Of a stretch of DNA of 64,000 nt, positions 40,701 through 54,548 are shown one piece after another; within the stretch, counting starts at the first letter, position 1, and the number at the start of each line of letters is the position of its first letter. A model generated the notes under the pieces. The model had not been told where the DNA came from. It searched no databases and was given only the letters and a program-made list of their open reading frames with translations. Source of the DNA: Octopus vulgaris (taxonomy: Eukaryota); contig OX597826.1 of the NCBI GenBank assembly GCA_951406725.2, forward strand, positions 51,336,001-51,400,000, given 5' to 3'. The position numbers were made by a program, and so were the translations under genes.

Positions 40701-41080
40701 TTGGGCTTATCTGGCTAGTTGGAAAAAAACACTGTATATTTCTGTCCATCCAACCAGACAGAAATATATAATAATTATATATGTTAATACACATTTCAAC
40801 AGGTACCTATGAGCGACTGTGAATACTCAGACAATAAAAAAAAAGAAAGCAAACATGAGAATAGAATGAGAAAGAGTTTAAATCGTAGAGAAAAAAAATA
40901 TTGTCTTCTACTTTAGATGTGACAGCCTTTGTGAGATAAAGAAATGGTGGGGTAAAGTTATAAATCTATCAATTTAGTCATCGCATGGCTTCTAGCCAGA
41001 TGGACAATAAAAATTCTGGTGCAGTATAGCAAACATAAATATAGACATAATCCCGTGTATACATGCATACATATATGTAC

Positions 41081-41128
<48 letters not shown>

Positions 41129-41131
41129 GTG

Positions 41132-41285
<154 letters not shown>

Positions 41286-41445
41286 CAGGAAAGTATATAA
41301 AGTTCAAAAGAAAACAATTCAGACTTTTTGAGAGATCCAAAAAGAGAGAAATAATGATTTCTAAAGATTCATTACATTCATAAAAAAACAGAGCAAGTAA
41401 TAAAAATATGAAAATAGTTGTTGAAAAATAACGATATTTTTTAAC

Positions 41446-41780
<335 letters not shown>

Positions 41781-43063
41781 GATGTCATGTAGGCGTTCTC
41801 GACTTTGTGTCCAAATATTTATATGTTATTATCTATAGCTGTATGTACGATTCGAGATCCGCTATTCCAAACTTGAATACGTACACATACACACACACTC
41901 ACACACGCAAACACACAGACGATTCACCTGATCGCTGCAGCAAATTTCCCGTTTCAATATTTATTGAAAACATTTCCTTCTGCTTGTGCAAACAATCTTG
42001 TGCGTATGTTTGTATGTATGTATGTATGCATGTTATACACACGCACACACATACACTAACACACGCACATAGGCGCACCCACGCACACACAAACACAGAC
42101 ACACACATATACACAGACAGACACATACACACATACACATATATATGAGAATGAGAGAGACAGACAGAGAATATGCTATGGTAGGAAATAGAAACGAATG
42201 CTATAAAGATCTCTGCTTTGCACAAACCGTTTTCTGCTTGACCTCTCAACCTTAACATTAGCTCTTTCATTGTTACTATATATTGTGGTGAGTTTGGGAG
42301 GTAAATCTATATTGTTAGCTTTCTTAGACTTACAATAGAATGGACGATTTTAGTAAACGGAGGACAGACGGTAACGCAAATAATAAAAAAGACAAAACAC
42401 CCCACCTTTTTAGCGGCCTTTGAGTACTTTCAAGTTTATACTAGCGTTACCGATTTATACAATGCCTTATATATATGTCTCACACACACACACATTCTTA
42501 GACGCACATTCGCACACACACATACACTCGTGTGTGTATATATATATGTAAACACACATCTGCTTATGTATATTGAGCTTATAAATTACTTCAGTTATTT
42601 CTGATTTCTTCAAATCTAATGAGACAAAGCCTATGGAGTTAAGTTAATAATATATGACAGAAATTGGAAGAGTAAAGGGGCGAAAAATTAAGAGCAGGTT
42701 AGTTTTGGGTTACAAATGGGGCTAGATTTGATAGTGGATGTGTTCGACCATATTTCTTTTTAAAATGTCCGACATTCCAAATGGGTCAAATAGAAATTTT
42801 TTCATTAATGTGAGTATATTTCGAAAAACAAGAACAAATGGATCTAATTATCATAGAAGGTTGTTAATTGAAGAAATAGGAAATAGAAAATAATAAGAAA
42901 TAGGAAAAATGCATAAAATCTGTATTGGAGAATATTGATTCAATGTAAAAACTAAAGACAATATTTCAAATGTCGGAGCATGAATAATTAATGAGTTAGG
43001 CAGGTCTGCGAATTAATTCAGGCAAAAGAAATTTTATAAGGACAAATCCTGGCGGGATATATG

Positions 43064-43095
<32 letters not shown>

Positions 43096-43112
43096 CATAT
43101 ATATATATATAT

Positions 43113-43167
<55 letters not shown>

Positions 43168-43315
43168 TATACATACATATATATATATATATAAACTTGA
43201 TTTATGCTTTGATAGATAAATCGGGCTAAATCAATTTGCCATACATCACAGTGGTTACAATAGTTCTGTAAAAGAGTAGTTAGGATCAACAAAATTGTCA
43301 TTTATATTATAACAC

Positions 43316-43372
<57 letters not shown>

Positions 43373-43573
43373 TACACACACACATACACACACACACAAT
43401 CGCACACACACATAAGTAGGTAGGGTAAATCCTACCTGTTTCCTATTAAAGTACACATGCTTATTCCAATATTACAATCCAATTAAAATTGAGAATTATG
43501 GAAATATTGTTAGTAGAGTTATTGTATAGCAAAACAGGAAAGTGGAAATTTATATGTATATGTCTGCGCACGC

Positions 43574-43618
<45 letters not shown>

Positions 43619-44304
43619 TATATATTTCTCTTTCTTTGCGTTGCTCTTGCATAATATCTAAATGTAAGCGTTTCATTTAAGTGTTATTTTTGAATTATAA
43701 TTCTTCTATATTTGAAGAATTTCTAATAGGAAACATTTTACCTGTCTATCTAATTATGTAAATCTTTGTAATTCCTATTACAAATATAACACCTGTAACG
43801 GAGAATAAATAATACCAAGAAAATTTCCACCTTCCTGTTTTGTTATATATATACACACACACGCACACATATATATATGTGTGTGTGTGTGTGTATGCGT
43901 GTGTGTGTGTGTGTGTGTGTGCGTGTTCCACGTACTTCCACGTATACACATGCATTCATATTCAGTTTTAACACACATGTACACACACGCCAACATGCCT
44001 ACCTTTATCACTCACTTAACGTTAAAGCAACAATTACGTCTGACATTCCAAGTGAATTTTAAGTTGAACACCGAAACTTAATCCAGATGCGCTTTTTCCT
44101 GTCACTCTTCTCTCTTTCCGTTAATCCCCTTCCCCCCTCTTCTTTCTCTCTCTGCGGTATCTATTTTCTTTTATATCCGACAAAGGACTATATCCAAAAA
44201 CGGTATACCCTTATTCTGTAAAGAAATTCTGGGAGCGTCAACCTGTTATTAATTATAAGCATATCTCCGACTATTGTTGCTTTTTGTATTTGATTTGCTT
44301 GATA

Positions 44305-44336
<32 letters not shown>

Positions 44337-44421
44337 CCTGTATATATTTGTGTGTGCATATGTATATAATATAAATATATCTATATAATATATATGTATA
44401 TGTAGGCTATATTTATAATAC

Positions 44422-44492
<71 letters not shown>

Positions 44493-45419
44493 TATATATG
44501 TATATGTAGGCTATATATATATATATATATATATATATGATACATATATATAGATATATCTGTATAAATTCTTAAATCCTTAAAAATGTTTTAGCCCGAA
44601 GGCCGCGGCCATGCTGGGGCACCACCGCTGAATGTATATATATATTATATACAAATATATTATATATAGTATAGTTTATTTACCAACAGAATGGGGCGAT
44701 CCTATAAAGGACAATGTTACTGCTGTTTAAGCCACAGGAAAACATCTTTTCCAGGTGGCTATCGACATAGTCTGTCATTGTAAAATGTTTGCAAGGGAGG
44801 TCATCGCTCCCATCTCCAGCCTTACGTGATACTCACAAACCTCGTCTGCTAGAGACGACAGCTGCTCGCTTCTGCACGCAAAATATTGTTAAAATGTGCA
44901 ATATTCGTAGCTACTTTAACATGATTGTCTCTTCGAATGGACTCTACTGGGATTTTGATATATTTAACTTTGAATACACATATATATGTTTCTATCATAA
45001 ATACACGCATATGTATATATTTGAGTCTTCTATAATATATCAGCTGTGTTGAATAACAACAATTTTTACGCTTATTGATTAATGTCCAGAAGTTGGAGGT
45101 AAAATTTTCATAAACCAGTTAATTTCTAAATTTATAGTTAATCGCGAAATTGTTATTGTATAGCCAATCAGTAAGTTTGATGCGTCTAACGGATTATTCG
45201 GTATTCTATGGAGAAGAAAATCCCATAAAATTAATCCTATGTTGATTATCAGCATCGGTCTTGGAAACTGATTTATATCTGTATGGATTCCTGAATAAAT
45301 CTGCATTTTGGATTTCATTCTGCTTCGTGATTCTTTTATCACTTGTAATGAGTTCTTTGATTACGAATAATTGTGAATTCCCTGATTGGGTGTGTTTGCC
45401 TCCATGCGTACGTGCGAGT

Positions 45420-45457
<38 letters not shown>

Positions 45458-45498
45458 GTATGCATATATATATATATGCATATGTATGTATATATATG

Positions 45499-45557
<59 letters not shown>

Positions 45558-45639
45558 TCGCGTGTGTGTGACCGTGTGTGTATCGTTGGCGACTTTTTTT
45601 CCTCCGTCTTCCCTTTCTTAGATCTTTCCTTTTTCTATG

Positions 45640-45672
45640 TTTCTGACGAAGAGCTCCGCTCGAAACGTTAAA
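45640..45672 (+). ncRNA. Minimal hammerhead motif
   Basis: UUU CUGACGA A GAGC-UCC-GCUC GAAA CG UU AAA; palindromic ACGU stem III. A homologous decayed copy lies at 62621-62655. Confidence 0.6.
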
Positions 45673-45845
45673 TCCTACTGCTTTCTTTCCTTTCCTGAGC
45701 GTCCAATAACACTATACTTGTTCCACGTCCTCGCGTTGTTGTGTTTTCTCTTCGTGTTTTCAGATTTTTATGTATATGTATATATATATATATATATAAG
45801 AAAAGAGGTGGGTGTTTCCATACAGGAAACAATATCTTTTGTATA

Positions 45846-46110
45846 TCAGTGGTAAAAGTGTAAAATTAGATAAACATATTTAAAAGTTTCAATGTTAACA
45901 AATTAAACTTTTTCAATGTTGATAAATTAGAATGTTTCAATGTTAAAAACATGTTCAAAACAGAAGGTGTAAGTTTGAATGTTCATAGTATCTGTTTTGA
46001 ACATGTTAATTTATCAACATTGAAACATTTTAGTTTGTCAACATTGAAACATTTTAATTTGTAAACATTGAAACTTTTAAAGATGTTTTTCTAATGTTTT
46101 TACCATTGAT
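45846..46110. repeat. Fold-back repeat with about 24-bp internal subrepeats (TTTCAATGTT...)
   Basis: Three TTTCAATGTT units on the left and three AACATTGAAAC units on the right; ends ATCAGTGGTAAAA / TTTTACCATTGAT; inner AACATGTTCAAAACAGA / TCTGTTTTGAACATGTT. Confidence 0.8.
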
Positions 46111-46266
46111 GAACTAAAATATTGTTGAAACTAGTTTGATATATATGTAAATATATGTATTTTAAACATTTACGAGTTTTTGAAGTTTTTGTGCATTTTC
46201 AACAACACATTTTCCTATATATAGATGACATATTTTCCTATATATAAATATGGGCAACACTTATAT

Positions 46267-46432
46267 ATTTCTTTATTGCCCACAAGGGGCTAAACATAGA
46301 GAGGACGAACAAGGACAGACAAAGGGATTAAGTCGATTACATCAACCCCCAGTGCGGAACTGGTACTTTTATTTATCGACCTCGAAAGGATGAAAGGCAA
46401 AGTTGACCTCGGCGGGATTTGAACTCAGAACG
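46267..46432 (-). mobile_element. SINE family B, 5'-truncated (tail Y)
   Basis: Reverse complement of 11837-12001. Confidence 0.8.
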
Positions 46433-47534
46433 TTGTCGACTCAGCAGACTATAGTACATGATAAGTACTTTAGTTTGACGAAAATCTGAAAGGCAGAGTC
46501 ATCCTCCGTCGGACTGGAACTCGGTATATAAAAGAACGTTAAAAATATGGAAGGGGCGGCTGTCCATCTTTCCTTCACCTACTTACAACAATTCATCGCT
46601 TTCATCAGCAACAATGAATCCTGTTATAAGCAAGCCGTTGCAATTATAAAGGATAATAGTCTTGTTATTAACCAAGAGGACCCGTAATTACTACAACCCC
46701 ATGCCCCACAAAAACCAAAAGATTCTGAATCCGCAATCTATATTATAAGCGGTGTGCGCATGAATGTTGTCTAATAATAGGTCTTTCACATTCAGCCTAT
46801 TTTGACACTATTTTAAAAAGTTTTTGTACTAGTTTCCCTCATTAGACTGCCGCTATCGTGGGGCATCGCATTGAAAAGTGTAGTCAAAAGAAATTGATCT
46901 CTGTACTTTTTAAAGACCGGTACTTAATTCAGCCGAGCTTTTCGCCGAACCGCTATGTAACGGGGACGTCAAAAGACCAATATCGGTTCTCAAGAGGTGG
47001 AGGCAATCACAAAGATCGATACATGCCTATCTATCTGTTTGTCTGTGTATCTAGTTAATGGACATCTGTAAACTTTCCCTCTACCAACTTCACTTTCAAA
47101 GGTATCTCTTTTAAAGAAATCGCTGCTGGGTGGTGGTGGGTTCTTCGACGTTGCTACACAGGATCACATACTTTCTGCGGTTGAGTGTATAGTCGATCGT
47201 ATCGGCCCCGGCATATAAAAAAAGAGCAAAAACAAAAACAACAAAATAGCTATGGATTTGTGTTGTAGTCACTAAACCAGACATTTCGGGGTTAGTTACA
47301 ACAGAATACAATGATTCCAGGACTTGACAAGTACTTCATTTTATCGATTCCCGGAAGAAGAGCAAAAGGCCCAATCGAACTCCCCGTGATTTGATCTGAG
47401 AACAAAGAAATGAAAATTGTACAACAAAAATTCAGTTGTTCCTTCAATTGTAACTGTTGTTGTTGTTGTTGTGGGCTAACAATTGAGCCAGACAAAGGCA
47501 CCAATTGAGCAAGATAACAGTAAAGACCAATATA

Positions 47535-47762
47535 GGCGAGCTGGCAGAAACATTAGCGCGCCGGGCGAAATGCTTAGCGGTATTTCGTCTGCCGTTACGT
47601 TCTGGGTTCAAATTCCGCCGAGGTCGACTTTGCCTTTCATCTTTCCGGGGTCAATAAATTAAGTACCAGTTATGCACTGGGGTCGATGTAATCGACTTAA
47701 TACCTATGTTTGTCCTTGTTTGTCCCCTCTATGTTTAGCCCCTTGTGGGTAATACAGAAATA
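47535..47762 (+). mobile_element. SINE family B, full length (tail Y)
   Basis: GGCGAGCTGGCAGAA head, GGGTTCAAATTCC B box, central GGTCGACTTTGCCTTTCATC..GGGGTCAATAAATTAAGTACCAG, tail TTTAGCCCCTTGTGGG..AGAAATA. Confidence 0.85.
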
Positions 47763-48095
47763 AGTACTGACCAATAGACCGTAACGATACCGTCTATTTA
47801 CCAAGGTATAGTATTCCGCAGGCTATCAACCATTAAATCCTTTCTTCTTCCTTTTTCAGACTGTAGGATGTGATTTGAAGATTATTTGGTTGCAGCTTCT
47901 TTCAGGTCGGGTAACCACATAAAGTCGTCTACATTTTGTGCGACGTCCTGAGTTAAGAGAAATGGGTGTAGTTGTGAGTTTCATGCTTGTCTCAATGTTG
48001 GATGGAACAAGTGAGGCCACAGCGGACAGCTCTGTGTCGGACATCTATTTCTATCTTATAATGTTTGTCGTATACTAGCAGGTAGCTCATGATGA

Positions 48096-48097
<2 letters not shown>

Positions 48098-48145
<48 letters not shown>

Positions 48146-48164
48146 GTACTACTACTACTACTAG

Positions 48165-48236
<72 letters not shown>

Positions 48237-48280
48237 ACTACTACTGCTGCTGCTACTGCTGTTACTACTGCTGCTGCTAC
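48098..48280 (+). repeat. (CTA)n/(CTG)n compound trinucleotide repeat
   Basis: Direct reading; similar tract at 54390-54548. Confidence 0.95.
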
Positions 48281-48299
48281 AAAAGAACAGCAATATATA

Positions 48300-49241
48300 T
48301 AATTTCAAATTTTGGTGCAAGGCCTGCAATTTTAAGGGATTAAATTAGTCAGTTACATTGATCCCAGTACTTGGCTGAATATTTATTTTATCAACCCGCC
48401 AAATGATGAAATCTGACTTCAGCTAGATTTGAAATTAGAGCCTAATCTATGAGAAAAACCCCGCTAAGTATTTTGTTCGACGCGCTACTGATTCTGCTAG
48501 CTCACCACATGATTACTAATACTAATACTACCAATAATAATAGTTGCAAATGTTTGGCACAAGGTCAGCAATTTCGGGTGGTTAAATCGGCCACAGTGCT
48601 CACATAGTTGTTATTTTTATGGAACACGAAATGATGAAAGGCCAACTCAGCCTCACCGGCATTTGAACACAGAGCGTTAAGACGGACGAAATGCTGCGAA
48701 AAATTTTGCCTGCATGCTAACGATTCTACCTGCTTGCCGCCTTAAAAACAACAAGAAGAACAACAACAATTATAATAATAATTGTAATAGTCCTTTCAGT
48801 TATAGACACAAAGCCTGCAATTTTGGAGGACGGGTCTAGTCGATAACATCGATCTCATTGTTTGACTAGTACCTGTTTTATTGACCTCGTAAGAATGAGA
48901 GGCAAAGTCGACCAAGGCGGCATTAGAACTCAGAATATATATAGAGGCGTTAAAATGCCGCTAATTATTTTTGTTGCCGCATGAATAGTAATAATAATTA
49001 TAATCCTTTCTGCTACAAGCACAAGGCCCAAACTTTGTGGGAGGGGCTAGTCGATTAGATCGACCCGTGTTCAACTGGTACTTATTTCATCGACCTCGAA
49101 AGGATGAAAGCTAAAGTCGTCTTCAGCGGGATTTGAATTCAGAACGTAAAGACGCAATTTGCTCGGCGCGCTAACGGTTCTGCCAGTTCGCCGCCTTAAT
49201 AATAATTGTAATAATAATTGTAATAATAATTGTAATAATAA

Positions 49242-49302
<61 letters not shown>

Positions 49303-49423
49303 TACGCAGAACACTTTCCATACAATAACCATCAGAGCATCACAACAAATCACAGCACATACCCAAGGCACACAGAGCTGCGCTCGGTAGTGAAGTGAAA
49401 GCACGCTATAAAAAATAAAACTA

Positions 49424-49483
<60 letters not shown>

Positions 49484-49745
49484 CCTTTCTACTATAGGCA
49501 CAAGGCCTGGAATTTGTGGAGCTGGGGATAGTCGATAGCTTCGATCACAGTACTTGACTGGCACTTAATTTATCGACCCCGAAAGGATGAAAGACAAAGT
49601 CGACATCGGTGGAATTTGAACTCAGGTGAAATACTGCTAGGCATTTCGTCCAGCATGCTAACGATTCTTTGTAGCTCTCCACCACAATGATGATAATAAT
49701 TTTTCTTCTACTATAGGCACAAAACCTGAAATTTTGCGGTAGAAG
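48300..49745 (-). mobile_element. Head-to-tail array of about 6 SINE family B (tail X) copies separated by (AAT)n
   Basis: Repeated (AAT)n-CCTTTCTACTATAGGCACAAGGCCTG...GAAAGGATGAAAG..GTCGAC..GATTCTGC units at about 48310, 48555, 48790, 49005, 49483 and 49705. Confidence 0.75.
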
Positions 49746-49780
49746 GTTAGACGATTTCTTTAACCCCAGTTCTTAATAAC

Positions 49781-49835
<55 letters not shown>

Positions 49836-50941
49836 TGATGCTGCAGACGATGATGGTTACGACGATAGTAACATGAAACAACGTCAGGACAAAGAGCTGA
49901 AGTATAGCGGCAACTATAGCTACGCGTGGCTCTGTGGGTAAACAATATTTACCAATAACGAAAACTCTTTCTCTCTCTGTCTCTTTGTCTGTCTGTCTGT
50001 CTGCCTCGCACACGCGCAAAACGCGCGCGCGCGCACACACACACACACACGCACAAGCGCAGGCAGGTGCATATTCTCATTCATATCCAGTCGTCGTCAC
50101 ACGCGCAACTAACATACATATAATCTCCTATGCACTCGAAACAGGCAAACGTAGCAGTCGCGCACTTTACGTACACACACACATCCATGCATGTAAGTGC
50201 ACACGTATCTATACCCATAAACAGACACACACACACACACACACACATCATGCATATAGGCGCATGCATATCCATATTCACGCATATTCATGCACTCACG
50301 TATATATACGCATAAGCGCACACGCACATAGAAAATTTACATAAGTATGCGCGCTCACGTTAACATGCACATAAGCGCACACGCACATTAGAAAATGAAA
50401 GTAATACACATTTTAAGAGAGAGAGAGAACAAGAGTGAGAGAGAGAGGGGAGAAGAGAAAATCTGAGAGACTGTATGACGCCGAGTGAGAGAGATAGAGA
50501 GAGAGAGAAGGGAAAAGAGCGAAAGAGGGATGAGAGAGAAAGAGAGACTGAAGAAAGAAATATCGTTGAATATAAAGTGAGAGATAGAAAGACAAATATA
50601 CAGAAAGTGGGTTTAGTTGTGTATGTGTGTGTTTGTATATGTGTGTGTGCGTGTGTGTGTTTGTATATAGATATGTGTGTGTGTGCGTCTGCAATTGTGT
50701 GTGTTAGAGTGTGTTTGTGCATGTGTTTGTGCATGTGTGTGTGTGTGTGTGTGACAAGACTGTAGTAGCAACAGCTAAATAGTAAAAGAAAAAAGCTGAG
50801 AGAATCTATTTAGTTTTGTACGTTTGTGTATACACCTTTCTCTGTCTCTTTCTCTCCTGGTTTTCTCTCTCCCCTATTTCCTCTATTTCTCCCTTACCTG
50901 CTTCATCTATCTGTCTATCTATCTATCTATCTATCTATCTG

Positions 50942-51013
<72 letters not shown>

Positions 51014-51267
51014 CAGTATAGTCCATATACAAGCACATTTTCTTTCTTTCTTTCTTTCTTATTTTCTTTCTTAGTTACTTACTTTCTTTCTTTCTTCCTT
51101 TCTTTCTTCCTTCCTTCCTTTCTTCCTTTCTTCATTTCTTTGTTTCTTCTGTCCTTCCTTTCTTTCACTTTCTGTATCTCTTCTGTTATATCTATCTGTC
51201 TATCTTTTTGATTGTCGTGTCATTGTGTGTTTATGTATATATATATACATATAATTGTTTATATTCA

Positions 51268-51350
<83 letters not shown>

Positions 51351-53039
51351 ATATCTATCTATCTATCCTTCTCCATTTTTCTAGCTATCTACACGCAATT
51401 TTTCGTACATTACATTACACACACGCATTCCAACATTCTCATTAGTAGGCACTAGCGCACCATCGCATATACACACCACTGCACACACACATATTACAAC
51501 CTGTTCCGATGTTGCGACGAAATCTGCGTTGACTATCATCCACACAGAGTGTGTCTGTCTGTGTACGAGCGTTAGTGTGTGTCTATGTTTACGTTAAGTG
51601 TGTAAGTGTGTGCGCGTCTTTACACAGCCTTTAAGTAGCGGCTGCATTTTTAAGCTCCGCGTACAACTAGTTGTTTTATATGTCAAAAAGCGGTGATATT
51701 ACGAACATTGCAGTTCATCTATGCGGAACGATGCCCCCATCATCAAGTTTGTATGTAAGTGCAAGTGCAAACACACATGAGGGTCTGTTGAAGAACCTTC
51801 AGCCTGCTCTTGAAATAATGGAACTACACAAACACATTAAATTCGGTCAGCTGGGATTAACTAACACGGAAAAATTTTGTAAGTCTTCGTCGGCGGAAGA
51901 TGACGCTTCTCAATTCTCAGTAATATGGCAAGGTCGAAATTGGCAATACCTTCGATTATTCCACTGTATTCTTATTTGAAGAAATCTAATTACATTGCCC
52001 ACTTCTGTTTTCTTTCTTCTTCTCTGTCTTCACTCTTTTTCTTCGGTCTTTAGTTCTTTCTCAGATTTTATTTTAGTTGTTTATTTTTGTTTTATTTGTT
52101 GCACTTCCTTTCTCTGCTGTCTCTGTCTGTCTTCCTGCCTGCCTGTCTGTCGCTGCTGTATGTTTTCTTTTTGTTTTATCTTTCTATTTCCCTCTGCTTA
52201 TACTCTCTCTTTTATCGTAAACCTTGTGGAATCGGAGAGCAAAGTAACATACACGCACATACATCACTCATAAACACATAAATAGATGCATATATCTATA
52301 TCTATATATACATGTACATATATGTGCACACATACACACACATGCATACGAAATTATATTTACAAGAATATAAGTAAATTGTATTTGGGTTTAATTACAC
52401 TGCATTTGCTTTTGTTTAAAAAGAATATATATATATTTAAATGATGAATTAAGAAACAAACAATTATTGAAAATTCTTAATTGTGATGAAATTACTGAAA
52501 AATAATTGCAAAGAGATAAAGGAAAAGAATGATATAAAGAAGAAAATAATTGATGTAAATAAAACATATAAAAGAAAATTATCAAAATTGAAATATAAAA
52601 ACACGAAACAAGAAAAAGGGAGACAGGAAAGGAGAGGAAGGAGAAAGAAAAGAGGGAATAGAGGAGGAAAAAAACTCGTGTTTTCAGCTGTAGATGTAAT
52701 GTAGTTGACTTAAGAATCTGTGTTTAATTCATTCCCACAGTTGCATATACCTTGGTATTGTATGCGTAGAATCAGAAGCAAATTGTTGATGACTGTTCAG
52801 ATGTATGGACAGTAAGTCTGTTGTATATTTATTTATTCCAGCCGCGTAAGGAAGGATTTTGGATTAAGTGGGGAAAAAAAGAAAGGAAGAAAAAAATTCC
52901 ACTGGAAAAACGTATATGTTGAAAAAAAAAAAATCTTAAAGAAAACAAAATAATTCGGAAGGAAAAATCTGAAAGAATAATCGTAATTTGGAAACAAAAG
53001 AGACAAAAAAAAAAAACAGCATACAATAACAAACAAAGA

Positions 53040-53093
<54 letters not shown>

Positions 53094-54411
53094 ATTTATC
53101 GCAGGTATTAAAATACATTAAAGGTGACAGTAAGTAATAGTAGACAACAATATCAGTAATAGCAACTACAATAATTACAAAATGCAAACAACTATATTGA
53201 TAACAACAACAACAACAACAACAACGGCATTTGTAGCAATGGTGAAGAATTACAACTACAGAAACGATAGCAACAACAAGAAGTACTGGTAAAGCAGCCG
53301 CACAGAAATGTAAGTTATTGTTAGGTTTTCATCGTTTTAACCACAAGACCTCTGTGCAGTCGCATGTGAAGAAGACTTGTTTGTTAAAGGAAGCAACTGC
53401 ATACAACACCATCATCAACAACAAGTGTCTATGAAAATGTAAAAGAAACTAGTTTGTCACGGCGTTGAAGAGTCTGTTTCGTGTCAGGCTCAGACACAAA
53501 GCGCTTGACAGAAAAAAAAAATATAACAAAACAAAACAAAAAAAAACAACATCCAGCAAGATAACAGCAATTAGGAAGAAAGAAAGAAAAAAATGTTATT
53601 GTTGGAGATGTTACATTCTTTGTGGTGATGCCACAGTTTGGAAATATAGAAGTTAATAACAAGACATCGAAGTTGGTTAATTATGATTCGGAAATAAGAA
53701 AGGTTGTCGGAAGAATTGCGAAGCTTGTGGTCCGAACTAGTTTCGTTTATCATCTGTTGTTGAATGTGGTCGTTATCATCACTTTCTTAGACGACCCGGT
53801 CAAACGATGGATATATACAAGAAAATTAGAAAGAAAAAAAAAGATGCCGTCTATAATTTGAACGGTATGTCGCTCTATATACACACCACTATTATGTAGA
53901 ATATGTAAATGTAAATAAATACACACACACATAAACAACAACAAGAATAACAGTATAGTGTAGAATCAACACGCAAACACTGACGCGTATAAGCATAATG
54001 TAGAACAAAAAAGAATAGCTGAAATAATAAATATATACATCGATATATTATAAACTATTTTCCATTTTACCACCATAGACTATATATTTATATACTAATA
54101 TATGTCAAATATAGGTATATGCCCATAAATATACTCTTAAAAATAAAATAAAAACAACCAAAACAAATAACTACCCCCGTCCGCCACCCCGCTAAAAGGT
54201 ATTATGAAATAAAAGGGGGGAGAGTGAGAATGAAACTGTGAGAGGAAGAGGGAGAAGGAGGTAAATAGTGAGAGGGAGAGAAAAAGAGAGGGAGAGAAGG
54301 AGAATAAAAGAAAAAAGGAAAGCAAAAACGAAAGGCAATATTAAGTCAAGTTTTTTTTTTAAATAGATACAACCACCAACACTGATAGGCTACTACTACT
54401 ACTACTTCTAT

Positions 54412-54455
<44 letters not shown>

Positions 54456-54488
54456 ATACTACTATTGCTGCTGCTGCTGCTACTACTG

Positions 54489-54548
<60 letters not shown>

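Noticed and set aside
48300-49745. CRISPR-like repeat/spacer periodicity (also 45846-46110 and 32405-32497)
   Set aside because: Eukaryotic context, units are SINEs or minisatellites, and there are no unique equal-length spacers or cas genes.
51671-51979. 102-aa ORF as an upstream coding exon
   Set aside because: No recognisable domain, a non-ATG start, and it includes a possible decayed mariner-like TIR (GAGGGTCTGTTGAA); the 56805 exon already supplies a signal peptide.
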